Source of the DNA: a virus | Lineage: Duplodnaviria; Caudoviricetes | Reading direction: 5' to 3' (one strand) | Virus record (IMG/VR): IMGVR_UViG_3300031994_000011 | Span: 107,959-171,958 of that record | Length of the DNA: 64,000 nt | In this document: positions 39,207-48,587 of the stretch, piece after piece | Layout of the letters: each line of letters starts with the position of its first letter | Numbering within the stretch: the first letter of the stretch is position 1 | Translations under genes and position numbers: made by a program | Notes under the pieces: generated by a model | The model's input: only the letters and a program-made list of their open reading frames with translations | The model's database searches: none | What the model was told of the DNA's origin: nothing

Positions 39207-41279
39207 TCACCCCCTTCTTTCTTTTTTATTTTTCTTTGGTGTATAAAACGTATATTCACTATAGTTTTTCTTCTTCGACATCTTTAGTGCCTTATCTTCA
39301 TAGTACTTTACCCTATAAAGAGCATACTATAACGCTGAGAAGCGGTCCTTTTCTACGGAACGTGAAATACGTTCTATTTTAAATTGGTTCTGCGCACCAG
39401 TTGGTTTAAGTTTCAAATTATTTAATTCATCCATTAGTCGTGATGTCATTATATAAGGCATTAAAAAAATATGTCTATCTACACTAGTCATATTTTTACC
39501 TTTTTTTGTCTTTAATAATTTATCTTTTATTACATTTTCATTCGCTAAGAAAGCGACCGAACCGTTATTTATTTGGGAGAAGAAGTTCGAATGTATTAAG
39601 TCATCATTACTTGAACCAGCTTTTATGTCATAGATTATTCCATTTAAAGAAGGCCAAGGCTCATTGCTCTAGACTTTTTTCTAAGGTGGTAAATGATGAT
39701 CATTATTAAAGGCATAATATGATGGAAATTGCTATCCAGTTTTAAAATCTATAGATGGCAGAACCATAGCATCTAATAGACCAATACCGGGACCGTTACC
39801 GTCAATCACGATTTCGCGCGGATTATATAGTTGAATAAGTTTTTTTAGCCTTGGAGCTTGTTCCGTAATATAGTTCGCGCCATGAATAACTTCAGTATAA
39901 ATAACTTTCTTCTTAAAGCTGGTTTTTTCGGGCATTACTTTAATAACCATAACAGCGGTATTCGCAGCGTATCTCGCAACGTCTCATTTATATTCCATTA
40001 AATTCGCTACATTTAATGCGTTCTTTTATGAACTGCTATATGTTTCCATATAGATTAGACTATATCTTCATCTTATTAAAAGATGCTCCCTTTTTCAGAC
40101 ACCAAACGCTTGTATCTTACATAATAGTCGTTGAACCTTTTCGTAAAGAAAAATCTATAAAATTCTTTACAAACTTGGCTGCGGATTACCTTTTAATACG
40201 GCTTCCCGCAATTTAAGGAGTTATTGCCCTGTCATCACTGGCAGGCGGGGCAAGCTGTTCACCCCTATCAGATAAAATGTGTTTTTATTAACAGGATTCT
40301 CTTGTGCTTTTTTTTCACATTTTAATAAAGTTCTTCTTTTTGCTAATTTTTTAGAGTCAAGCCAAGCCTATTTATTATTACCAGTCCATAGACTTAAACT
40401 TTCACGAGAAAAGCTTTCATCAGACACGGTAGCTGAATAACGCTGGTCCATCATGGTTGCTCTATCCAAAAGACCATAATGAAGAGGAACTTCATAACTT
40501 AAACCCCATACAAAATACTATCTTGGGCGCAAAACAGCATTTACAGCACACTAAATTAACTTACTATACATGAATACTGTCTTTTCGCGCGCGGTAGTAA
40601 TAAAAATTTGAGGAGAAGTAGGTTCTTCTGGATTAAGTGTTCCATCAACCTATCTACGAGCAACGTTCATTTGAGGAAGCAAAACTTCCGTGTAATCTGT
40701 TTCTTCTATTGTCGCGGCCTACTCTAAAATACCGCATGTCGCGCGCAAACCACGGCTCGTGTCTTTTGAAACAACCGTTATATTACTACCATTTTTAAAA
40801 TGTAATTCATAATAGTTACCACTCTTTTTCTAACCAGTTTTACCATCATCAAGGCGAGTAGTAAGCTATTTTCTTAATAAAGGCCAATGACGAAAAATTT
40901 CTTCAAATTTAGCTTCAGCAATTTTTATTACTGTACCTTTTACGTCAGAGGCGATGAATATGTTAGAGTTAGGAAGTAGGACGGCGCGCACAACAGCACT
41001 AAGATAAGCGGTAAAAGACTTGGATGTCGCGCGTGTAGCAGTCCAAAAATGGTATCTGTAACGCATTGATGCGCGCAAAGCAATTCGTTGAAAAAGAAAC
41101 AAATGAAAATGCTTAGCATCACTAGAATCTTGAATTTCATCAAGAAAGCAATCAGGATAAAGAAGCCAATAGTTTAAATATTTTGTAAATAACTATTTAT
41201 TAGCATCTAAAAAAGATTTCGTTAATACTACGCCTTTCTAAATTGGTATTCCATTTCTGTAAGCTACTTCTTCAGCCAT
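39207..41279 (-). CDS. terL: Terminase large subunit, spliced join(41279..40261, 39984..39207), ~598 aa; TAG read-through
   Basis: Walker A-like ATRATSKSF, Walker B RGLRATCGILE*AA, coupling motif IFITTA, nuclease motifs YLIGVDVAR, IVIDGNGPG and KDRFSAL*Y. Confidence 0.9.
39985..40260 (-). mobile_element. ORF-less group I intron (276 nt) in terL
   Basis: Splits Val codon GT|A immediately before the catalytic Asp (G-V-D-V-A-R). P AATTGCGGGAA, Q AATCCGCAGCCAAG, R GGTTCAACGACTA, S AAGATATAGTCT; terminal G. Confidence 0.9.
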
Positions 41280-42208
41280 TATACCAATTCACCTGCCAAC
41301 TCATCCTATCCCTAATAATCAACATCGGCAGTACTGTCAAACTAGACAGCTTCGTTCTCAATTTCTTCAAGGCGCTAAGTAATGTTGAAGCGTTCTTTTC
41401 TATCCTCAACTTGCTATGCGAAATTACCTTCATTTACTACTAATCTCTTTAAATAATTCTGTATATTCTGCATACAAAAATCAATATCATCTTTAGGCTA
41501 AGAAACCCATTTAGGATGCCAACCAAGTTTTCCATAATAAACCATTAGTTCACCTACTGACTCAAAGTCAGCGGCATTTTTCGCGTTAGAGGCTTCAAAC
41601 TTGGCTATTTTAATAATGTTATCGCGGGCATCCATATCCTTTTTTATATCATGCCCCTCCCGCAAGCCTCTCTTTATGCGTAACTAAATTTCGCATAGGT
41701 CGCGCGCGTACTATTGTAAAATAGGAGTAGAAACGTTTTGCGTAGCAATAATCTTATTATAGTAATCCTAAAGAAAAAGCAATTCTTCCTTTGTATATGT
41801 GGAGGACCAAGTTTTTTTTAGTCGCGCAATTTTAGCACTTGAAAGAGCTTCAATTTCTTCATCTATTGTACCTTCTTCGCGCGCTAAGCGCCAACGCTAA
41901 TTTTCATCGCTCCATTGTAGGGCTTGATAATGCTAATCTAGTAACGTATTAAAGTAGGCCGTTAAGGTATGATCTTTATGTATTTTATAAAGTGATGTCC
42001 ATTTATTTAAATCAAATGGCACATCAAGATATCTGCATAACCTATCTACCTATCCTAAGTTTTCTTGGTCTATCATTACTTCTAAGCAGGAAGTACAAAT
42101 TAACGATCTATGGGAAGGAAAAAATTTGGAAGGCGTATATTGAAATTCACTTTCTGGCTTCTATGACTTGCATCGCATGCAACGTCGGGTCTTTGGAACG
42201 TTTGTCAT
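41279..42208 (-). CDS. Zn-finger protein upstream of terL (possible terminase small subunit), 309 aa; TAG read-through
   Basis: MTNVPKTRRCMRC...ICTSC; its stop overlaps the terL start (TAATG). Confidence 0.6.
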
Positions 42209-43466
42209 ACTTGTTCTGCACCCCCCGTTCTATTCTTCTCTTCTTCTCGCATTCCTTACACACAGAAGAGAAGTGGTCTTTTCTACTATTATTTACACCA
42301 AAGAAGACAGTATCGCGTGGAAACACGCGGCCGCATCGAATACAAGCTTTCTGCTCTTCTATTGGTGTTTCTATAAGTAAGCGATTCTTCTTTGCCGTAA
42401 TAGCAATTGCGTTTGGTATTTCGCGCGCAAATATGTTACTTAAGTAGTTTTCGTTGTACTTTAGGCCAAAGCGCGCGAGCAGTTCCTCTATTATTTCTGG
42501 ATATACCATTTTTTTAATTTTCATATCAAGCAAGGCATTACGTATAGGCGAGAAATTACACATCTAGCGGTAGCGCTAAAAGTCAAAAATTAGGGTGCGG
42601 CCGTAGGTCTAAAATTTTTCATGCATGTATTCATAAAGTGCCTGATAATTATTTATCAAGGCTCTTATGTGGGCTGGGTTCTCCCAGTCAAATGTATGTT
42701 GGCGCACTACCCATTTTATCATCCCGTCCTACCTTACCTCATAGTCCTTTAAATTTTTTGAAATTGAGCTAAGTAGCGCGTCATCTACTTTTTGCTGCCA
42801 CTACTATTGTGTTACCCAATAAAAGGAATCAGCGGTCCAATCTACGAATTGGGCGCGAGGCTTGTCAGCCGCCATAAAGTGTATGGTGGGCTTGTAGGCA
42901 TCTTTAAGATAGTATTGGTGCTTACGCAGGTCCGCTAACTGATGTTTTAATTGATAAAGGCGATAGGAGTCAGGTAGAAAGTAGGTGTTCTCGTCAGGCG
43001 GCAGCTTCCCTTCATTTATGGCTACTAACTTTTCTATGCGCTCAATAGATTGCCAAAGGTCGCGCATACCGGGGATGTCGCTGTCGCCCGGATCTAGTAA
43101 CTCGCCTGTCTTCTTATCAAATTTGGGATGATTTATTACGGGCTTGGGATTGGTGTAGGGCCGCCGTATGTTCGCCGGATGTAGGTCTTGCTGGTTTGTT
43201 GAAGGATTCTAAAGGAGCTAATCTAGGGAAAGGTTTTTGTCGTCTTTTTTCTTGAAGGTTGCGTAACGTTTATGGCCATCTGTTACCTATCCTCGTTGGA
43301 CAGCATTATAACCTTCTTCATCTTTTCCGTATAGTATGTAGGACCCCATTTGGTCTAACTAGTCTGGGGTGGGCGGTTTTTCTAATTGACTTAAAATTTG
43401 TTTTACAGCAGCCACGCGGTCGGTGTCTCGCTGGATGCTGTAATCCAGGGTGTATGCTTTTTTCAA
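42147..43466 (-). CDS. First gene of the late operon, 439 aa, with C-terminal CxxC...CxxC; TAG read-through
   Basis: TTG start after GGAGG. ORFs 42804-43067 and 42147-42563 are in frame. CIRCGR...VCKEC. Confidence 0.65.
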
Positions 43467-43504
43467 TATCTACGCCTCCATTTTAAATCCTTACTTATAG
43501 CTTA

Positions 43505-43533
43505 ATTTTAACATATTTTGGAGAAATTGTCAA
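43505..43533 (-). promoter_or_regulatory. sigmaA-type promoter of the structural operon
   Basis: TTGACA-17 bp-TAAAAT with extended TG. Confidence 0.7.
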
Positions 43534-43544
43534 ATATTGGGCTT

Positions 43545-43583
43545 AAAGTTCATTTTTAAAAAGGTAAAGTTCATTTTTAAAAA
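43545..43583. repeat. Tandem direct repeat AAAGTTCATTTTTAAAAA x2
   Basis: Two copies 21 bp apart, just upstream of the late promoter. Confidence 0.7.
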
Positions 43584-43677
43584 AGTTGGTGGAATTTGGA
43601 CACCCGCGGGTGACGGAGCAGTTAGAAGTCCCTAACCGCCTGAATGTAACCGGGGCGGTTACACTAAAAGCTACAAA

Positions 43678-43711
43678 AAAGCGGGGACGGCTTTTTATCC
43701 GTTCCCGCTTT
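43678..43711. terminator. Terminator of the 43731-44525 gene
   Basis: aaagcggggacgg...ccgttcccgcttt stem flanked by A/T runs. Confidence 0.7.
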
Positions 43712-43730
43712 GCTGTTTTCGCACTGCTTT

Positions 43731-44525
43731 TTACTTTTTCAAAACGTCTGAGAGAGTAACAAAGCGTCCGTTTTCGATGGCCTGTTGAAAAGCGTTATAT
43801 TTTCCCGCATTGTATTGCGACATAACCTTGCCCGCTTTGATGGTTAAACCTTTTCCCGATGTAAGGCCGTCAATATCGGATTGAAATTGTCTTTTATCAG
43901 TCCATACACAAACATAATTTTTTACATAATTGATAGCGCCGTCAATGTCGAATTTTTCGCAAAGTTTATAAATGTTCTCTTTGTCAATGTCATCAAACAT
44001 TCCATAAACAACGGTATCAAAGTTTCCCGCCATAAAGTCAAAAACCGTCGCTTGTGTCCATGTCTTGCCGTTGTGCCCGCATTCGATAACACCAAACCGT
44101 TTAGAGATAATGTCGTTATGCAAAGCGTCTTTTACATAAAGCATAGACGGGCGAATAAAGGCGAATTTACAAACAAGCGCGCAACGGACGAGAACTTCAA
44201 GTAAATCACCAAACGCGCCTTTGTCGTTGTCCATTTTATAGCCTTCTCTTTTACAAACAGCTACGAACGCAATATAATCAATAACGGTTATTTTCCCTTT
44301 TTCCATTGCGTAGCGCGTAACTGCGGAATAAGTAAAGGCGTTCAATGCGCTTTCGCTTTCGGACGGGAAAACTGCAGGGAATTTATCCATGCAATCATTG
44401 ATAATTGCGTCTGACTCAGTTTCACAATTCAGGAAGGAACACAGAGCCTCCGGATTAATTTTTTCAATCATTGCGCGGACGGTGTTTTTTTGCAGGGTAG
44501 AGAGGGTATAACGTTCGGTATTCAT
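43731..44525 (-). CDS. Hypothetical protein, 264 aa, possible PD-(D/E)XK-like nuclease; no TAG
   Basis: Intact ORF with its own promoter (TTGCAA 44607-44602, TAGAAT 44584-44579) and terminator. GDLLEVLV...NDII...VIECG spacing is only suggestive. Confidence 0.65.
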   Translation of the reverse strand: MNTERYTLSTLQKNTVRAMIEKINPEALCSFLNCETESDAIINDCMDKFPAVFPSESESALNAFTYSAVTRYAMEKGKITVIDYIAFVAVCKREGYKMDNDKGAFGDLLEVLVRCALVCKFAFIRPSMLYVKDALHNDIISKRFGVIECGHNGKTWTQATVFDFMAGNFDTVVYGMFDDIDKENIYKLCEKFDIDGAINYVKNYVCVWTDKRQFQSDIDGLTSGKGLTIKAGKVMSQYNAGKYNAFQQAIENGRFVTLSDVLKK

Positions 44526-44676
44526 AGGATACCTTCTTTCCGGGCTTTTGCCCTAAAATTGCCTTTTCGGCTATAAGTATTCTATCATAGATAAAAACAG
44601 ATTGCAAGCTTTTTTTTGAAATTCCATATGTTAACACTTTTCCATTAATTGACATTTACATATATTGACAATCATT

Positions 44677-44740
44677 TTAGCACTCACTTAAAAAGAGTGC
44701 TAACAATTTTTTGTTAGCACTCTCTACCAGTGAGTGCTAA
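44677..44740. promoter_or_regulatory. Two tandem perfect CIRCE elements (HrcA operators)
   Basis: TTAGCACTC-N9-GAGTGCTAA at 44677-44703 and 44714-44740. Confidence 0.9.
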
Positions 44741-44746
44741 TATTTC

Positions 44747-44830
44747 ATGAAACGTTTCATCATTTCATTATTTTCATGAAACGTTTCATAGAGCATTTCA
44801 TCATTTCATCGTTTTCATGAAACGTTTCAC
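44747..44830. promoter_or_regulatory. Three LacI-family/cre-like palindromes ATGAAACGTTTCA(T/C)
   Basis: Copies at 44747-44760, 44776-44789 and 44817-44830; CG-centred palindrome. Confidence 0.6.
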
Positions 44831-44854
44831 GCGGTTACCACCATAAAATGAAAA

Positions 44855-45060
44855 TATTACGAAAATGTTACGATTGTAATACTTTTGTAACAATTTTTTT
44901 GTACTTTTTGGCCATTTTTTGACCATAAACGCCTTGGATGTAATACATCCAAAGCTGAAGGTTGCATTTTTGAGTCAAAAATGCTATAATTAGATGATGG
45001 AAGGAGCTTCCAGAGTCTGTAAATGTTACGGAAATGTTACAATTGTAACAGAATCGTAAC
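44855..45060. promoter_or_regulatory. WalR/OmpR-family-like direct-repeat boxes in two 37-bp blocks
   Basis: TATTAC-N5-TGTTAC-N3-TGTAAT-N5-TGTAAC (44855-44891) and TGTTAC-N5-TGTTAC-N3-TGTAAC-N5-CGTAAC (45024-45060). Confidence 0.5.
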
Positions 45061-45151
45061 AATTCCAGAAACTGGTGGATCCGCCCACCAGAGGCAGGCG
45101 CCAGCGGCGCCGCCGCTCTCCCGTCTCCCGCCTGGTCCCTAATATATACGA

Positions 45152-45215
45152 AGGAGCTGGAGCTGGAAGCTGGAGCTGGAAAACGGAGCTGGAGCTGGAG
45201 CTGAAGAAAGGAGCT
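45152..45215 (+). repeat. GGAGCT hexamer tandem repeat in the leader of the first early gene
   Basis: ggagctggagctggaagctggagctggaaaacggagctggagctggagctg...ggagct. Confidence 0.8.
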
Positions 45216-45221
45216 ACAACA

Positions 45222-45386
45222 ATGAAGAGCTACGAAATCATCTACAACAGGGCGCGGAAAGAATTTAATGTCTGGGCGATCGGAAGCAACGGCAACGCGG
45301 AGATCGTCAAGCGGGCCACCACAAAAAGGAGTTATGAATTGTGGCTCATGCGTAAGGGCGTGAGCAATTGGACCGATAGAACGTGA
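45222..45386 (+). CDS. Small early protein, 54 aa (family A)
   Basis: SD AAAGGAG; YNRARKEF motif shared with 46909 and 48210. Confidence 0.7.
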   Translation: MKSYEIIYNRARKEFNVWAIGSNGNAEIVKRATTKRSYELWLMRKGVSNWTDRT

Positions 45387-45541
45387 ACCTTGCTCATGGT
45401 CCGGCCGAAGGCGACAAGCCTTCGGCCTTTCACAATTTGGATGTAATACATCCAAAGTTACTCGTTGACACCCGATGGACATCGGGTGTATAATAAGACC
45501 ATAGAAAGAGGTCAACCTCTTACCGAAAGGAGATCACCACA

Positions 45542-45697
45542 ATGAAAACCACCACCACTTACGCCGTTATCACTTGCGACACCTTCCGCACGATCAAGTC
45601 CGGCTTCAAGACTTGGGAAGGCGCGTATGAATGGATGCTCGCGCATGACTGGGGCCAGTACGAACTTGAGGGCGGCCTTTACGTGATCAAGTGCTAA
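45542..45697 (+). CDS. Small early protein, 51 aa
   Basis: TTGACA/TATAAT promoter, SD AAAGGAG, MKTTTTYAVITC... Confidence 0.7.
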   Translation: MKTTTTYAVITCDTFRTIKSGFKTWEGAYEWMLAHDWGQYELEGGLYVIKC

Positions 45698-45873
45698 GCG
45701 CGCCGATCACGCAAAATCCGGGCACCGTGAGAAATCACGATGTCCAAAGTAATTGGATGTAATACATCCAAGTTTTCAGAGCATTTGAGAAAAAAATTTC
45801 TTGATATTATTGTCATGCTATAATATAATATAATTGTCCTAAGGGACAGAATAAAAGAAAGAAGGAAAAAATC

Positions 45874-46077
45874 ATGTTTAATGAACTGAATGTCGAACTC
45901 GCCGTTGTTTTTGCCCATTATGCGGAACACAGGGATTCTCGCGTTGCTTTCCTCGGCAGGAAGGCCGATCATGAAGAACTGACCGATGTGGAAATGACCG
46001 AATACATCAACCGCCTTGAGCGTCTATACAAGCAATTTCGCGCTGAACGCGCCGCCCTCCTCGGGGAAAAGGGCTAA
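45874..46077 (+). CDS. Small early protein, 67 aa
   Basis: Promoter, SD and terminator. Confidence 0.7.
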   Translation: MFNELNVELAVVFAHYAEHRDSRVAFLGRKADHEELTDVEMTEYINRLERLYKQFRAERAALLGEKG

Positions 46078-46215
46078 GGCCCTTTTTCTTTTTTCACGAA
46101 AGTTGGATGTAATACATCCAAAAAGCGACCGTTGACAACCGTTCCCGGTTGTGGTATAATGGGCGTAGCCCGAGAGGGAAAGGGGAACACCACCACCAAA
46201 GGAGGATTATTAAAC

Positions 46216-46461
46216 ATGTCTAAAAACACTTTTGATTGCATTGACTTCCGCACCGCTCGCCGCCTTGCTGCTCACGGCTGGACTATTTTTTCACGCGATA
46301 CCGGTGAAGGCTGGCAATGGAACACGGCGGCCTGCTCTGCGCGTCACATCCGTCGCGGCATGAGCGGACAGCCGGACGAGATTCGCGCTTGTCTCGCGTG
46401 GCTTGGGAAGAGCCAACCGAAGGTCTTGACTTTTAAGGCTAAAAAAGAAAAATGGGAATAA
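46216..46461 (+). CDS. Small early protein, 81 aa
   Basis: SD GGAGG; start refined to MSKNTF. Confidence 0.7.
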   Translation: MSKNTFDCIDFRTARRLAAHGWTIFSRDTGEGWQWNTAACSARHIRRGMSGQPDEIRACLAWLGKSQPKVLTFKAKKEKWE

Positions 46462-46573
46462 TCCCATTTTTCTTTTTTCAATAACTTTGGATGTAATACA
46501 TCCAAAGTGCTCTCTTGCATAATCCAAAGGATTATGCTAAAATAAGACATAATCAGAAAGGAGGTCAGTAAAA

Positions 46574-46747
46574 ATGACCGAACAAGTTTACTACTACATG
46601 AATAAAGAACACGGTTACTTGGTTACAGGATGGGAACTTTACAGTGACGCATTATCTATGCACTATGATGATATCACAGATCCGACAAGTGTCGAATACC
46701 TTAACTTTTCTCTTCACTATACTAAAACAAGGTATGTGGCAAAGTGA
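46574..46747 (+). CDS. Small early protein, 57 aa
   Basis: SD AAAGGAGGT; MTEQVYYYMNKEHG... Confidence 0.65.
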   Translation: MTEQVYYYMNKEHGYLVTGWELYSDALSMHYDDITDPTSVEYLNFSLHYTKTRYVAK

Positions 46748-46908
46748 TCACAAGTAAAAAGTAAATAAAGACAATGAATAAGAGAGAATACAATAAGTAT
46801 TCTCTCTTTTATATATACCATAATTGGATGTAATACATCCAAAAAGAGTAGTTGACAACGTTGTTGTCAACTGTTATAATGGTATCATCAAAGAAGGAGG
46901 TAAGTACA

Positions 46909-47043
46909 ATGACTTACACAAAACAGTACAACAAAGTAAGGAATGAATGGTGGATATTCAAGGTAACAGCAACAGGTTCCGAACTGATCAAGGTGTTCAA
47001 GACTGAAGGTTCCGCAGACAAGTGGATTGCAAAGCATATGTAA
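46909..47043 (+). CDS. Small early protein, 44 aa (family A)
   Basis: SD AAGGAGGT; paralogue of 48210-48344. Confidence 0.75.
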   Translation: MTYTKQYNKVRNEWWIFKVTATGSELIKVFKTEGSADKWIAKHM

Positions 47044-47182
47044 TACGCAGGCCTTCGGGCCTTGCGAAAGTTGGATGTAATACATCCAAAATGAAAATGA
47101 TCGAAGGGGTTGACATTCTCTATTGATAGGTGTATAATGAGTGTAGTTCCAAGAGGGACACAAAAAGAAGGAGGACACAAAA

Positions 47183-47350
47183 ATGTTGAAAGTTTACAAT
47201 AAGGCCACCTACCGCTTCGGCGAAATCATCGACGGTGAGACCACCGAACAGGGTGAGAGCTGGATCCTCGTCCGCTGGGATTGCAGTCCTTTGTATCCCG
47301 ACTGGATCGACGCGGCCGACGATCGTTACACTATCATTGATCGCCGTTAA
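47183..47350 (+). CDS. Small early protein, 55 aa
   Basis: SD GGAGG; MLKVYNKATYRFGEI... Confidence 0.7.
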   Translation: MLKVYNKATYRFGEIIDGETTEQGESWILVRWDCSPLYPDWIDAADDRYTIIDRR

Positions 47351-47479
47351 AAAAAGCAAGGCGAAAGCCTTGCTTTTTTCTACGCATAATTGGATGTAAT
47401 ACATCCAAAAAGCGTACTTGCAATCTTGTCTTGTTTGTGCTATACTTGTACCATAAAGAAAGCAAGGGAGGCCATCACA

Positions 47480-47782
47480 ATGTTGGAAATGCTCAAGTCT
47501 CTGAAAAACTCTGACGGCGCAACTCTGAAAAATTACAAGTCTGTTTCTTACAAGACTGGTTGGCAAGTAGCCGATCACGGGCTGGAATGCCGCACCGCGG
47601 AGGAAGCTGCTGCCGCGATTGACTCTTTCAATGGGAGCTGCGGGATCTGGTACGAAAACGGCGTGTATTACATCGATCACAGCTTCCGCGTCAAGACGAA
47701 AAAGGAAGCTCTTTCCATCGGCCGCGCGCACAATCAAATTTCCATCTTGAAATGGTCCGATATGTCTCTGGTGTACTGCTAA
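47480..47782 (+). CDS. Early protein, 100 aa
   Basis: SD GGAGG; start refined to MLEMLK. Confidence 0.75.
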   Translation: MLEMLKSLKNSDGATLKNYKSVSYKTGWQVADHGLECRTAEEAAAAIDSFNGSCGIWYENGVYYIDHSFRVKTKKEALSIGRAHNQISILKWSDMSLVYC

Positions 47783-47908
47783 GGCAGTACCCAGTTTCAG
47801 CATTTGGATGTATTACATCCAAAAACTCCTCTTGACTTTATGTGGTGGTTGTAGTATTATATACTTGTCCGAAGGGAAAAAACAGATTTTCAAGGAGGTT
47901 TATTAACT

Positions 47909-48109
47909 ATGTCTTATTCTTACGAACTGACCGCCCGTTTCCCCGTCATGGTCCGCGTGTACACCAGCGCCGGCGAGATCGTCGAACATTGCGCGCGCTC
48001 TCTCCGCGCCGCGCATGGGTGGTTTGCGCATTGCGCGGCCGAAGAATACTTTGAAGGACACCCCGTGCGGGTGGAATATGAATTTTACGAAGGGTACAGG
48101 TGGGGATAA
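47909..48109 (+). CDS. Small early protein, 66 aa
   Basis: SD AGGAGGT; terminator over the stop codon. Confidence 0.7.
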   Translation: MSYSYELTARFPVMVRVYTSAGEIVEHCARSLRAAHGWFAHCAAEEYFEGHPVRVEYEFYEGYRWG

Positions 48110-48209
48110 CCCACCTGTTGTTTTTTGGATGTAATACATCCAAAAAGGACTCTTGACTGTATTTCCCCTTTATGCTATAATGATACCATCAAAGAAGGAG
48201 GTAACAGCA

Positions 48210-48344
48210 ATGAGGTATGTGAAGCAGTTTAACAAGGCGCGCAAGGAATGGTGGATTTTCCGCGTGACGATGGACGGCGCCGAACTGACGAAGGTTTTTA
48301 AGACGGAAAAAGCTGCCGACAGCTGGATCCGCAAAAACACTTAA
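48210..48344 (+). CDS. Small early protein, 44 aa (family A)
   Basis: SD AAGGAGGT; KEWWIF..ELTKVFKTE.AD.WI shared with 46909. Confidence 0.75.
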   Translation: MRYVKQFNKARKEWWIFRVTMDGAELTKVFKTEKAADSWIRKNT

Positions 48345-48587
48345 GAGCTGGGCGGTATAACCGCCCAATTTCATTTTATTTTTGTTTTAATGATATTAAA
48401 AAAATTGTATATATAAAAATTATAAAATAAAACCCCACTCAATTTCATTTTTAAATATAATAAAAATTTTCAAAAATGAAAATTGGATGTAATACATCCA
48501 AAACCACCCCTTGACTTTATAGACCGGTTATGCTATTATATACTTGTCCGAAGGGACAAGAGATAAAAAAGAAAGAAGGACACAAAA

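Noticed and set aside
1-43466. Decayed prophage or mass pseudogenisation of structural genes
   Set aside because: The interruptions examined are all TAG, frames are preserved over tens of kb with no frameshifts, and genes abut with normal SD sites.
1-43466. Standard phage code 15 (TAG->Gln)
   Set aside because: It would put Gln at the terminase Walker B catalytic position and in the GExGPE motif. I found no TAG site that demands Gln, though some sites are ambiguous and mixed decoding is not excluded.
5177-43486. Plus-strand ORFs in the structural region (e.g. 9646-9993, 41992-42447)
   Set aside because: They are antisense to continuous minus-strand genes, with low-complexity translations and no SD sites.
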